Of a stretch of 64,000 nt of DNA, positions 9,493-17,613 are shown piece after piece. The stretch spans positions 67,098 through 131,097 of the forward strand of contig JAZDPX010000023.1 of the NCBI GenBank assembly GCA_043797125.1, given 5' to 3'. The position numbers were made by a program, and so were the translations under genes. The notes beneath the pieces were generated by a model that saw nothing but the letters and a program-made list of their open reading frames with translations, did no database searches and was not told the origin of the DNA. Each line of letters starts with the position of its first letter. Position 1 is the stretch's first letter. This DNA is from Candidatus Omnitrophota bacterium (GTDB taxonomy: Bacteria; Omnitrophota; Gorgyraeia; JABMRG01; JAFGKX01).

Positions 9493-10323
9493 ATGGTAAG
9501 AGTGTCGGTGGGTATCATTTTATTATTATTTGTCTGCGCAATAGCTTCAGCAGCTCCGGCTGGCAATACTTCAGATCCTACAATACCTTACGGCGACGGA
9601 TTTGCGAACCTGAAGGATTCTATAGGCAGTGTAAAGGTGAGCTTTGACGCAGAGACTATTTTTGAAAGAGACCTTGAAGGCGCAAGCGATGTTACACAGG
9701 GAAGCATTGACGGACAATGGTATTTTCTTTCGTTTGCCTATCCCCTGATGGAGCAGCGGTTTGAACCGTATATAAAGGTCGGAGCATCGCATCTTACAGC
9801 CAGTTGGTGGGAAAACAACACTACTGTCAGGGTAAAGGGCGATAATGAGATGGCATGGGGTTTGGGCGCAAAATTTTTAGCTTATGAAATTCCGGATTAC
9901 AGGGTCAAGTTTACGCTTTCAGGCGAATACCGCAATACCCACCCTGATTTTGACGACGTAGAGCTTGAGCAGCCTTCAAGAAGTGTAGCTGCCTCAGAAT
10001 TTAAGGTGCAGGAATGGCAGGTAGGTGGCATTGTAAGCATGGAATTCCAGCTTGGCAGCAAAAAACGCTATCCAAAAACAGCCATTTACTCTTTAATACC
10101 GTATCTTGGGTTAGCTTATAGCGATTGCAAGGTAGAAAACAGGTTTATAAGGACCGATGTAGCCCCCAATACAGGCTTTGATATAGGTGATGCAAAAAGC
10201 GATAAAAAAGCCGTATTTATAGCAGGTTGCGACCTCACTTGTCCTGAAAACATATCTTTAAACGTAGAAGGCAAGCTGCTTGGCGAGAAATCGGCAAGCG
10301 CAGGCGCTACAGTGAAATTCTAA
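9493..10323 (+). CDS. secreted protein, probable small outer-membrane beta-barrel
   Basis: signal peptide ending AIASAAPA; alternating hydrophobic pattern; C-terminal ...GATVKF (terminal Phe). Confidence 0.45.
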   Translation: MVRVSVGIILLLFVCAIASAAPAGNTSDPTIPYGDGFANLKDSIGSVKVSFDAETIFERDLEGASDVTQGSIDGQWYFLSFAYPLMEQRFEPYIKVGASHLTASWWENNTTVRVKGDNEMAWGLGAKFLAYEIPDYRVKFTLSGEYRNTHPDFDDVELEQPSRSVAASEFKVQEWQVGGIVSMEFQLGSKKRYPKTAIYSLIPYLGLAYSDCKVENRFIRTDVAPNTGFDIGDAKSDKKAVFIAGCDLTCPENISLNVEGKLLGEKSASAGATVKF

Positions 10324-10338
10324 CCTTAAGTCCTATTT

Positions 10339-10416
10339 GGCCCTATAGTCTAGCCTGGCCTAGGACATCGCCCTCTCACGGCGAAGACACGGGTTCAAAT
10401 CCCGTTGGGGCTACCA
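10339..10416 (+). tRNA. tRNA-Glu (anticodon CUC), encodes its 3' CCA
   Basis: cloverleaf folded by hand: acceptor GGCCCTA/TGGGGCT, T-arm ACGGG-TTCAAAT-CCCGT, anticodon loop CTCTCAC. Confidence 0.75.
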
Positions 10417-10511
10417 AACTTTGCGAAGCAAAGTTTGCCCCGAAAACACGACGAACAGAAGTGTTAGAGGGGCTTAATCCAGGCGCATTAACCAATCATC
10501 TATTTTTTTAC

Positions 10512-10541
10512 TTGACATATAGCTCTTTTTTTTTGTATAAT
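10512..10541 (+). promoter_or_regulatory. sigma70-like promoter (TTGACA, 18 bp spacer, TATAAT) ending 9 nt before ATG 10551; implies a leaderless or near-leaderless transcript
   Basis: TTGACA 10512-10517, TATAAT 10536-10541. Confidence 0.45.
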
Positions 10542-10550
10542 GTATATACA

Positions 10551-11069
10551 ATGAATATACAACGTAAATATACTGTATCTGAACTATCTATAACGCTTGG
10601 TTTGTCAACATCTTGGATTAACAAGATAGATAGGAAAATAGGCATCACAGCAGGGGCAAGAAAAGATTACAAGAAACCATGCTTCAGACAAGATGATTTA
10701 TTTATTTTTAGGAATATCAAGCTATTAAGGATTTTGGGGTATAGCATTCCTGATATAAAAAAGATATATGATGTGGAAAAAAAGATGCTTTCCTGTAGGG
10801 CAATAGTTTCTAAATACCAATCGATAGTCCCAAAACATGGATACCATTACATACTTCACCCATATAATTTTACCTATGATGAGCATGCCCATCCTGGCCA
10901 GGATATGAAGGAATATGACTCAGAAATCATAGATTATAAGGGGTGGGCAGAGTTTCTATATACGCATTCGCTTGAAATAGAAAAGCGCGCTAAACAGCTG
11001 CAGGATGAGATTACAAGCCTTGCAGAGGCAATATCAAATAATGCTCAAGCAGGAAAGAACATAGGTTAG
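10551..11069 (+). CDS. MerR-family HTH transcriptional regulator (start moved from track 10461 to ATG 10551)
   Basis: YTVSELSITLGLSTSWINKIDRKIGI...YKKPCFRQDDLFIFRNIKLLRILGYSIPDIKKIY matches the MerR HTH pattern. Confidence 0.5.
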   Translation: MNIQRKYTVSELSITLGLSTSWINKIDRKIGITAGARKDYKKPCFRQDDLFIFRNIKLLRILGYSIPDIKKIYDVEKKMLSCRAIVSKYQSIVPKHGYHYILHPYNFTYDEHAHPGQDMKEYDSEIIDYKGWAEFLYTHSLEIEKRAKQLQDEITSLAEAISNNAQAGKNIG

Positions 11070-11076
11070 ATGTGTA

Positions 11077-11100
11077 AATGATACGGTTATGATACGGTTA
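11077..11100 (+). repeat. tandem direct repeat ATGATACGGTT x2; the 24-mer AAATGATACGGTTATGATACGGTT is identical to 38131-38154 and related to 27040-27080
   Basis: read directly. Confidence 0.7.
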
Positions 11101-11148
11101 TTTATGAATATTTAGGTTTTTTTAAATATAGCAATATTTGGAGTAAAT

Positions 11149-12291
11149 ATGAATAAAGACGCAAACGACAATAAAGAGCCCCCTAAAAAGCAGCCTTTAA
11201 ACACGAACAGTGAAGTTGGGAGAGTCTATTCTATACCTTACCTTCCCCTGGATAATTATGCAATTGATGATTGCATAATTGATCTTGTGCCTGTGGAGAT
11301 TGTGAAAAAATATTCAATTATGCCGGTTGATAAGCTTAATGATAACCTGTCATTGGTAATGGAAAACCCGCTTGATGAAAAAGCTATAAAAGCTGTTGAA
11401 GATATAACGGGGTGTAAAGTAAGAAGATTGTTAGGCACCCACGAAGAAATACAATTGTCCATAAAGCAATATTATGGACGCAGGATAAAAATTGAAGAGC
11501 CTGTTCAAGAAAAAGAAAAAACAGTTATCAGCACCGTTAAAAAAGAACAGGAAAAACTGCCTCCTGCTCCTGCGCAGCCGGCGGCTGACGCTAATATTTC
11601 CGATGCCGATACAGGAGAAAAAAGAGGCTTTTTTAGATTCAAACGCAGCATAACTATATCTTTTCCGGCAGAAGGGAGTTATCAGCAGAGCGAAACATTT
11701 GACATAAGCTACAGCGGGCTTTCGTTTAAATCGCTCGTTCCAATTTCTGTTGGCAGCTACATGGTTGTTCAATTGGGGCCTTTCCGCAGGGATTCGGACT
11801 GCCCTATTGTTTTGCTTGTCCAGGTCATGAGGCGCATACAAATAGACGAAAAGGCGTTTTTTATAGGCGCAAGAATTTTACAGACAACGAAAGAAAATAT
11901 TAATAAAATTGTTAATTATGCAAGCTCCCATGAAATAGACGCTTATTCGCCGTTTGACAGAATAAATCGCAGGAAATATCCCCGCTTTAAGACCAAGTTC
12001 GATTTGTGGTTTCCGGACAAAGATGACTACAGCAAGGCAGAGACTACAGACGTGGGCTTTGCAGGCATATCCTTTACAACAAAACATGCCTTAAAAGTAG
12101 GCTCATACCTGCCTTTGCAAATGGCATTGCCCGAAGATATCTGTAAACATCCTTTGGCGCTCTTAGTCCAGGTTGTCAGGTCAAGGTCTGTGCAAAGCGG
12201 AATCTTCCAAATAGGGGCTAAAATAATTAATGTAGGCGAGAGCGAAATAGAAGAACTGATAAAATATATCAGCAGAAACGAAAATTTATAA
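11149..12291 (+). CDS. c-di-GMP receptor-type protein: GspE/MshE N-terminal (MshEN) domain plus two PilZ domains
   Basis: MshEN-like VYSIPYLPLDNYAIDD...IMPVDKLNDNLSLVMENPLD; PilZ motifs RFKRSITISF...DISYSGLSFKS and RFKTKFDLWF...DVGFAGISFTT. Confidence 0.65.
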   Translation: MNKDANDNKEPPKKQPLNTNSEVGRVYSIPYLPLDNYAIDDCIIDLVPVEIVKKYSIMPVDKLNDNLSLVMENPLDEKAIKAVEDITGCKVRRLLGTHEEIQLSIKQYYGRRIKIEEPVQEKEKTVISTVKKEQEKLPPAPAQPAADANISDADTGEKRGFFRFKRSITISFPAEGSYQQSETFDISYSGLSFKSLVPISVGSYMVVQLGPFRRDSDCPIVLLVQVMRRIQIDEKAFFIGARILQTTKENINKIVNYASSHEIDAYSPFDRINRRKYPRFKTKFDLWFPDKDDYSKAETTDVGFAGISFTTKHALKVGSYLPLQMALPEDICKHPLALLVQVVRSRSVQSGIFQIGAKIINVGESEIEELIKYISRNENL

Positions 12292-12375
12292 CAAACTAAA
12301 TTATCTTGATTTTTATCTTGGGTTGTAGTAATCTGTTCACTAATCATTAGTATATTTAAAATAGAAGGTGTTATT

Positions 12376-12756
12376 ATGAAAACAATATATGCGTTTATCG
12401 TAATTTACCTCATTGGCGGTTTATATTTTTTAGGTCTTGTTAAGGCTGAAACCCTTCAATCAGTAGAAGGCCAGCGCGCGAAGGTTGTGCAGACGAATGT
12501 TAAAAGGACAACCACTGATGTTGACGGGCATGTTTTGTTAGACAGCAACACAGACCGCAATATTAAGCTAGGGTATATTATGGCTGCTATAGATACCATA
12601 CATTCTCTGCAGCCGGACTTTTTCAAAAAAAAATATCCTGGCGCAACCAGAGGCAATATTATAGATGCGGTGTTTGAATACTACAACGAGCATTTTACAA
12701 GAAGGCATATCAGGGTAATCGATCTGATCCTGTCAGGTGAATTAGAGCATAGATAG
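12376..12756 (+). CDS. small secreted hypothetical protein
   Basis: N-terminal signal/TM segment IVIYLIGGLYFLGLVKA; no motif. Confidence 0.35.
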   Translation: MKTIYAFIVIYLIGGLYFLGLVKAETLQSVEGQRAKVVQTNVKRTTTDVDGHVLLDSNTDRNIKLGYIMAAIDTIHSLQPDFFKKKYPGATRGNIIDAVFEYYNEHFTRRHIRVIDLILSGELEHR

Positions 12757-12782
12757 CAAATATCCTTTTTATTTTTATGCGT

Positions 12783-12857
12783 GCCGGGGTAGCTCAGTGG
12801 TAGAGCGCGGCCAGGAAAAGGCCGGCGTGGGCGGTCCGATTCCGCCCCCCGGCACCA
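12783..12857 (+). tRNA. tRNA-like gene folding as tRNA-Phe (GAA) but with non-canonical A32-G33 and C55; possibly divergent or a pseudogene
   Basis: acceptor GCCGGGG/CCCCGGC, D-arm GCTC-AGTGGTA-GAGC, anticodon stem CGGCC/GGCCG, loop AGGAAAA, T-arm GGCGG-TCCGATT-CCGCC, CCA encoded. Confidence 0.5.
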
Positions 12858-13035
12858 CGAACCACTCGCCTGTAAGAAAAATTAGGGCTCGGGTTCGTGG
12901 CGCGGCCATAAACCGCGCAGGATTAATAATGTAGATATAGGCGAGTGGTGAAGTGCCCCGTACCTGAGGAGCGAAGCCCTAAACCACATAGGGTTTAGGG
13001 CAAGCGACGAATGGTTCGGGGCTAATTGGTTTCCC

Positions 13036-13111
13036 GCCCACGTAGCTCAGCTGGTAGAGCAGGGCTTTCGTAAAGCTCAGGTCGTCCGTTCAAGTCGGAC
13101 CGTGGGCTCCA
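13036..13111 (+). tRNA. tRNA-Thr (anticodon CGU), CCA encoded
   Basis: acceptor GCCCACG/CGTGGGC, anticodon loop TTCGTAA, T-arm GTCCG-TTCAAGT-CGGAC. Confidence 0.85.
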
Positions 13112-13226
13112 TCCGCCTTCGTGTATCGGGTAGTTCGTAGTAGATAGCCTTCGGCGGATGTGTCCGCCGTACGTTATCTACAACGAAGTTCAGAAGCCAG
13201 GAAGGCGGACCGAACCCTAATCTTTT

Positions 13227-14501
13227 ATGCCCAAGATACGAGACATTCTAATAAACAGGAATTTCTTTTTTCTCTGGGTAGGGCAGATTATCTCGCAATT
13301 CGGCGACCGCCTTACCCAAATGGCGCTGATAAAACTTATCTACCAAAAGGCCCCCGGCTCTGCCTATGAGCTAGCGAAACTTTTTATTTTTGTCATCATC
13401 CCTGTTTTTATTATCGGACCTGTAGCAGGCGCTTATTCGGATAGGTGGAATAAGAAATACACTATGATTATAAGCGACCTGATACGCGCAGTTCTTGTGT
13501 TCCTAATTCCCGTATATTATTTTCTAGTTCCAACCCTGCAGCCTATTTTCCCGATTTATATTATTGTTTTTATTGTGTTTTCCATGGTGAGGTTTTTCCT
13601 TCCTGCTAAAATGTCCATTATCCCGGAATTGGTTTCGCAGGATAAGCTGCTTCTTGCGAATTCTTTAATAACTACAACAGGAATGATAGCAGCTGTTCTG
13701 GGGCTTAGTATCGGCGGGATATTTATCCTCCCAATTTTTGGCGTAAGGGCTGCATTTGCCATTAATTCAATGACATTTTTGATATCGGCGTTTTTTTTGT
13801 TTTTCATGAAGACAAATCATAAAAAGGGCGCAATAAAAGACAGTATTTATTACATAAGCAGAGGAATAAAAAAAGCTGTTGGAAAATCCATATTTCTTGA
13901 AATAAAAGAAGGCATAAGGTATATGCTGCAGTATAGAAAGATACACTTTGTAATTGGAATATTATTTACTTTATGGAGCGCCATAGGAGCAAGCTATATA
14001 GTGATTATAGTTTTTGTGCAGCGGGCCCTGGGAACCGCTACCGAACATCTTGGGCTTTTAGCTGTCTTCTTCGGCGCCGGGATGTTTTTAGGCTCTATAA
14101 TATACGGCAGGACTGGGCATTTAGTTTCAAAAACAAAAGCTATTTTTTTAAGCCTTGCCTTAAGCGGCGTTTCTATTGTTCAATTTGTTATTTTTGTGAC
14201 GATATATTCAAATTTTAGCGTAGCAGCCGCACTCGCGTTGGCGTTCGGGGTATTTATTGCGCCGGTTATGATATCATCCAACACCATAGTGCACGAGCTT
14301 ATGCCTCAAGAATTGCGCGGAAGAGCGTTTTCTTCTTTGGAGGCTGTTATGCATTTGGCCTTTTTAATATTTATGCTTATAGTTTCTATATTAGCAGAGT
14401 TTATAGATATGTTTTTTATATTGATTGCAGTAGGAATTTTATGCGCTTATGCGGGAATTCTTGGCTTAAAGCACGCTGCAGGCAGAAGAGAGGGTTATTA
14501 G
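13227..14501 (+). CDS. MFS (major facilitator superfamily) transporter
   Basis: 12 predicted TM helices; N-terminus FLWVGQIISQFGDRLTQMAL is typical of MFS_1 efflux proteins. Confidence 0.8.
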   Translation: MPKIRDILINRNFFFLWVGQIISQFGDRLTQMALIKLIYQKAPGSAYELAKLFIFVIIPVFIIGPVAGAYSDRWNKKYTMIISDLIRAVLVFLIPVYYFLVPTLQPIFPIYIIVFIVFSMVRFFLPAKMSIIPELVSQDKLLLANSLITTTGMIAAVLGLSIGGIFILPIFGVRAAFAINSMTFLISAFFLFFMKTNHKKGAIKDSIYYISRGIKKAVGKSIFLEIKEGIRYMLQYRKIHFVIGILFTLWSAIGASYIVIIVFVQRALGTATEHLGLLAVFFGAGMFLGSIIYGRTGHLVSKTKAIFLSLALSGVSIVQFVIFVTIYSNFSVAAALALAFGVFIAPVMISSNTIVHELMPQELRGRAFSSLEAVMHLAFLIFMLIVSILAEFIDMFFILIAVGILCAYAGILGLKHAAGRREGY

Positions 14502-14510
14502 CGTTAGGGG

Positions 14511-14681
14511 TTATTTCTTGTCTTTTGTAGGCCCTTTTTTGTTTTGCTGATTTTCCTTCAGGCATAGTTTGAAAAAATCGCACCTGTCGCAGCAGATGTC
14601 TTCCTCGCCGCGCTCCCCGCGATACCATTTTGTATCGCAACTCCAGAAAAACTGGCATCTTTTACAGCAGGCCATAGACAT
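14511..14681 (-). CDS. small Cys-rich protein (56 aa, 8 Cys: MSMACCKRCQFFWSCDTKWYRGERGEEDICCDRCDFFKLCLKENQQNKKGPTKDKK), not in the ORF track (<60 aa)
   Basis: ATG at 14681 with GAGGT Shine-Dalgarno 7 nt upstream on the minus strand; stop at 14511. Confidence 0.35.
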   Translation of the reverse strand: MSMACCKRCQFFWSCDTKWYRGERGEEDICCDRCDFFKLCLKENQQNKKGPTKDKK

Positions 14682-14787
14682 TTTTGTTTACCTCTAAGTA
14701 ATATTATATTATCAATATGATAGTGTGTCAATAAGTCAGAAAAAATAGATGCTCGCTTTCGCGGGCATGACATATGCATTTATGATG

Positions 14788-14816
14788 TTGACAAAAAAGG
14801 CCCTATTTAATACAAT
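14788..14816 (+). promoter_or_regulatory. sigma70 consensus promoter (TTGACA, 17 bp spacer, TACAAT) for the rnf operon; -10 ends 10 nt before rnfC ATG (near-leaderless)
   Basis: TTGACA 14788-14793, TACAAT 14811-14816; REP-like element copy (GCTCGCTTTCGCGGGCATGACA) lies just upstream at 14749-14774. Confidence 0.5.
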
Positions 14817-14825
14817 GTAAAGATT

Positions 14826-16145
14826 ATGAAAACATTCCCCGGAGGAATCCATCCTCCGTATTTAAAAACAACAAAAAGCCTTAGTATACAGAAGGCAAAA
14901 CTGCCAAAGCAGGTCGTTATACCGTTAAGCCAGCATATAGGCAGCTTCTGCGAACCTGCGGTTTCCGTTGGCGGAACAGTAAAGACAGGCGCGCTTATAG
15001 GCAAATCGGATAAATTCGCATCCTGCTTAGTGCATTCTTCTGTTTCAGGGACGGTAAAAACTATAGAGCGAAGGCTCCATCCTACGCTTGGGGTGTGTAA
15101 TGCCGTTGTAATAGATTCTGACGGCAAGGATGAAAATGCTTTTACAGTTAAAACAAACAATATAGATAAGCTGACACCTGAACAGATAATAGATATAGTA
15201 AGGCAGGCAGGCATTGCGGGTTTAGGCGGCGCCTGTTTTCCCACCCACATTAAGCTAAAACCCCCGGAAGAAAAGAAAATAGACACTTTTATATTAAACG
15301 GGGCAGAATGCGAGCCGCGCCTTTCGTGCGACCACAGGCTTATGCTGGAACGCGCCGATGAAATAATAAAAGGCGCTATTTTAATGATGAAAGCTGTAGG
15401 AGTTAATAAAGGCATAATTGCCATAGAGGATAACAAGCCCGACGCAGTTGAATCGATGAAAAAGGCATTAAACAGCGTAGAGCGTAGAGCGTATAGCGTA
15501 GAGGTAATTACTTTAAAAACCAAATACCCCCAAGGCGGCGAGAAGCAGCTTATAAAGGCCCTCCTGAACCGCGAAGTTCCGCCCGGAGATTTGCCTTTTG
15601 ATATAGGATGCATTGTTGATAATGTAGGAACCGCCGCTAGCGTATATGAAGCGGCCCAGTTTAGCAAACCTTTGTACGAGAGGGTCGTAACCGTATGCGG
15701 CGACGCTATAGCAAATGAAGCAAACCTGCTTGTAAAAATAGGCACGCCGTTAAAGGATTTAATAGACTCCTGCGGCGGGCTTAAAAAAGAATTAGGAAAG
15801 ATAATTTTTGGGGGACCTATGATGGGCCTTTGCCAGTTTACCGACGAGGTACCTGTCGTAAAAGGGACATCAGGCGTTATTTTTGTAAGCAGAGAAAAGA
15901 TTAGCGCGCCGCAGCAAGGCCATTGCATAAGATGCGGCAAATGCATACAGTCCTGCCCTGTGAACCTTATACCCACAACCATTGCGCTTGCTTCGGAAAA
16001 AAACAGGCTGGATGTCGCGGCTGAGTTTAATGCAGCAGATTGCATTGAATGCGGGGCCTGCGCTTATGTATGTCCGTCAAAAATATCCCTGCTTCACCTT
16101 ATAAAACAGGCAAAGAAAGGCCTGCTATGCCAGATAGTAAAATAA
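14826..16145 (+). CDS. rnfC: Rnf electron-transport complex subunit C
   Basis: MKTFPGGIHPP start; NADH/FMN-binding GGACFPTHIKL; two 4Fe-4S motifs CIRCGKCIQSCP and CIECGACAYVCP. Confidence 0.9.
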   Translation: MKTFPGGIHPPYLKTTKSLSIQKAKLPKQVVIPLSQHIGSFCEPAVSVGGTVKTGALIGKSDKFASCLVHSSVSGTVKTIERRLHPTLGVCNAVVIDSDGKDENAFTVKTNNIDKLTPEQIIDIVRQAGIAGLGGACFPTHIKLKPPEEKKIDTFILNGAECEPRLSCDHRLMLERADEIIKGAILMMKAVGVNKGIIAIEDNKPDAVESMKKALNSVERRAYSVEVITLKTKYPQGGEKQLIKALLNREVPPGDLPFDIGCIVDNVGTAASVYEAAQFSKPLYERVVTVCGDAIANEANLLVKIGTPLKDLIDSCGGLKKELGKIIFGGPMMGLCQFTDEVPVVKGTSGVIFVSREKISAPQQGHCIRCGKCIQSCPVNLIPTTIALASEKNRLDVAAEFNAADCIECGACAYVCPSKISLLHLIKQAKKGLLCQIVK

Positions 16146-17089
16146 TAGTATCAGCATCACCCCACATTAGAGACGATGAACATTATGTAAAGATTATGTG
16201 GGCTGTGTTTTTAGCGCTCCTGCCAAGCGGAATATGGGGAGTGTACGCTTTTGGTTTTAAAGCCTTGAGCCTTATACTGGCTTCTGTATCCTGCTGCGTC
16301 CTGGCCGAAGCATTATTTTTGAAGCTTCGCCGCAAACCCATTGCTATTTCAGATGGAAGCGCTGCAATAACAGGGCTTTTGCTTGCATATAATGTCAGCC
16401 CACGGTTGCCTATATGGTGCATGTGCGTTGGCGCGGTTTTTGCTATCATTATCGGTAAACAGGTGTTTGGTGGCCTGGGCAGAAATATATTTAATCCCGC
16501 TCTTGCAGGCAGGGCATTTTTGATGGCGTCGTGGCCCGCGCATATGGTGATCTTTAATAATCCCCGCTGGCAGCCGGATGCAGTTACAAGCGCAACGCCC
16601 CTTACCATAATAAAACATAATTACACGTATCCTTTGCCTTCATATCTTGATTTGTTTATCGGAAACCGCGGCGGCTGCATAGGAGAGGTTTGCGTTGCAG
16701 CGCTTCTTCTGGGCGCGTTGTTTTTATTATATAAAAAATATATAACCTGGCACATTCCGCTTACATATATTTTTACAACAGGGCTTTTAAGCTGGATGTT
16801 CACCGGACAGAAAGCATTTAGCGGCGACTGGCTTTTTTATATTTTAAGCGGAGGCTTAATATTAGGCGCATTTTTTATGGCGACAGACATGGCAACGTCC
16901 CCTATTATCAGCAAAGGTAAAATAATATTTGCCGTAGGCTGCGGCGTAATAACCTTTGCCATCAGAAAATGGGGCGGATACCCCGAGGGCGTGTCTTATT
17001 CAATATTAATGATGAACGCGGCAACCCCTATTATAGATAGGTTCACCAGGCCAAAGCGGTATGGGGTGAAAAGAGGCGTAAAGATATGA
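16127..17089 (+). CDS. rnfD: Rnf complex subunit D (start at ATG 16127 overlapping the rnfC stop, not 16049)
   Basis: MPDSKIIVSASPHI start typical of RnfD/NqrB; polytopic; TSPIISKG near C-terminus. Confidence 0.85.
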   Translation: MPDSKIIVSASPHIRDDEHYVKIMWAVFLALLPSGIWGVYAFGFKALSLILASVSCCVLAEALFLKLRRKPIAISDGSAAITGLLLAYNVSPRLPIWCMCVGAVFAIIIGKQVFGGLGRNIFNPALAGRAFLMASWPAHMVIFNNPRWQPDAVTSATPLTIIKHNYTYPLPSYLDLFIGNRGGCIGEVCVAALLLGALFLLYKKYITWHIPLTYIFTTGLLSWMFTGQKAFSGDWLFYILSGGLILGAFFMATDMATSPIISKGKIIFAVGCGVITFAIRKWGGYPEGVSYSILMMNAATPIIDRFTRPKRYGVKRGVKI

Positions 17090-17613
17090 TACGATTAATA
17101 GTAATCCTGACATTGGTTTGCACTGTGGCAGCTTTTGTCCTTGGGATTACTTACAAAAGTACCGCGCCGTTAATAGCCGCGCAAAAGGAAAAGCAGATAA
17201 AGCAAGCCCTTAACCAGGCAGCTCCGGACGCCGATGAATTTAAAGAAAAAAAGTCCGACGACAATGTATACTATGAGGCGTATAAAAACGGGCAATTGAC
17301 AGGTTATATTATATTTGCTAATGCAAGCGGATATTCAGGCGATATAGAAATGATGGTGGGTCTCGATAAAAATGGCCAAATAACAGGAATACAGATTTTA
17401 AGCCAGGAGGAAACCCCGGGTTTAGGCGCGCGCTGCAATGAAATAAAATACGGCGAAAAAGACCAATGGTTTACAAGGCAGTTTAAGCAAAAAAGAGCGC
17501 AAGACTTAAGCCTTAAAAATATTCAGGCAATAACCGGGGCTACAATTACCACAGAGGCCGTAATAAAAGGGGTCAAGGAGTCAGCCGAGGTTTTTTTCAA
17601 AAAAATAAAATGA
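17086..17613 (+). CDS. rnfG: Rnf complex subunit G (FMN-binding)
   Basis: N-terminal TM; FMN_bind motif ITGATITTEAV. Confidence 0.85.
   Translation: MIRLIVILTLVCTVAAFVLGITYKSTAPLIAAQKEKQIKQALNQAAPDADEFKEKKSDDNVYYEAYKNGQLTGYIIFANASGYSGDIEMMVGLDKNGQITGIQILSQEETPGLGARCNEIKYGEKDQWFTRQFKQKRAQDLSLKNIQAITGATITTEAVIKGVKESAEVFFKKIK

Noticed and set aside
9420-9647. ORF 9420-9647 (+)
   Set aside because: It overlaps the start of the better-supported 9493-10323 secreted protein in another frame. It has no RBS and an odd composition.
10461-10550. Track start of the MerR-like ORF at 10461
   Set aside because: A consensus promoter (10512-10541) lies inside that extension. The ATG at 10551 begins the HTH-containing protein.
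12858-13035. Calling the tRNA spacer an RNase P, SRP, 6S or tmRNA gene
   Set aside because: No conserved motifs of those RNAs are recognisable (no RNase P P4 / GGUA or SRP domain-IV signatures). It is left as an unclassified structured spacer.
16049-16126. Track start of rnfD at 16049 (MRGLRLCMSVKN...)
   Set aside because: It lies inside rnfC in another frame. The canonical RnfD N-terminus MPDSKIIVSASPHI starts at ATG 16127.
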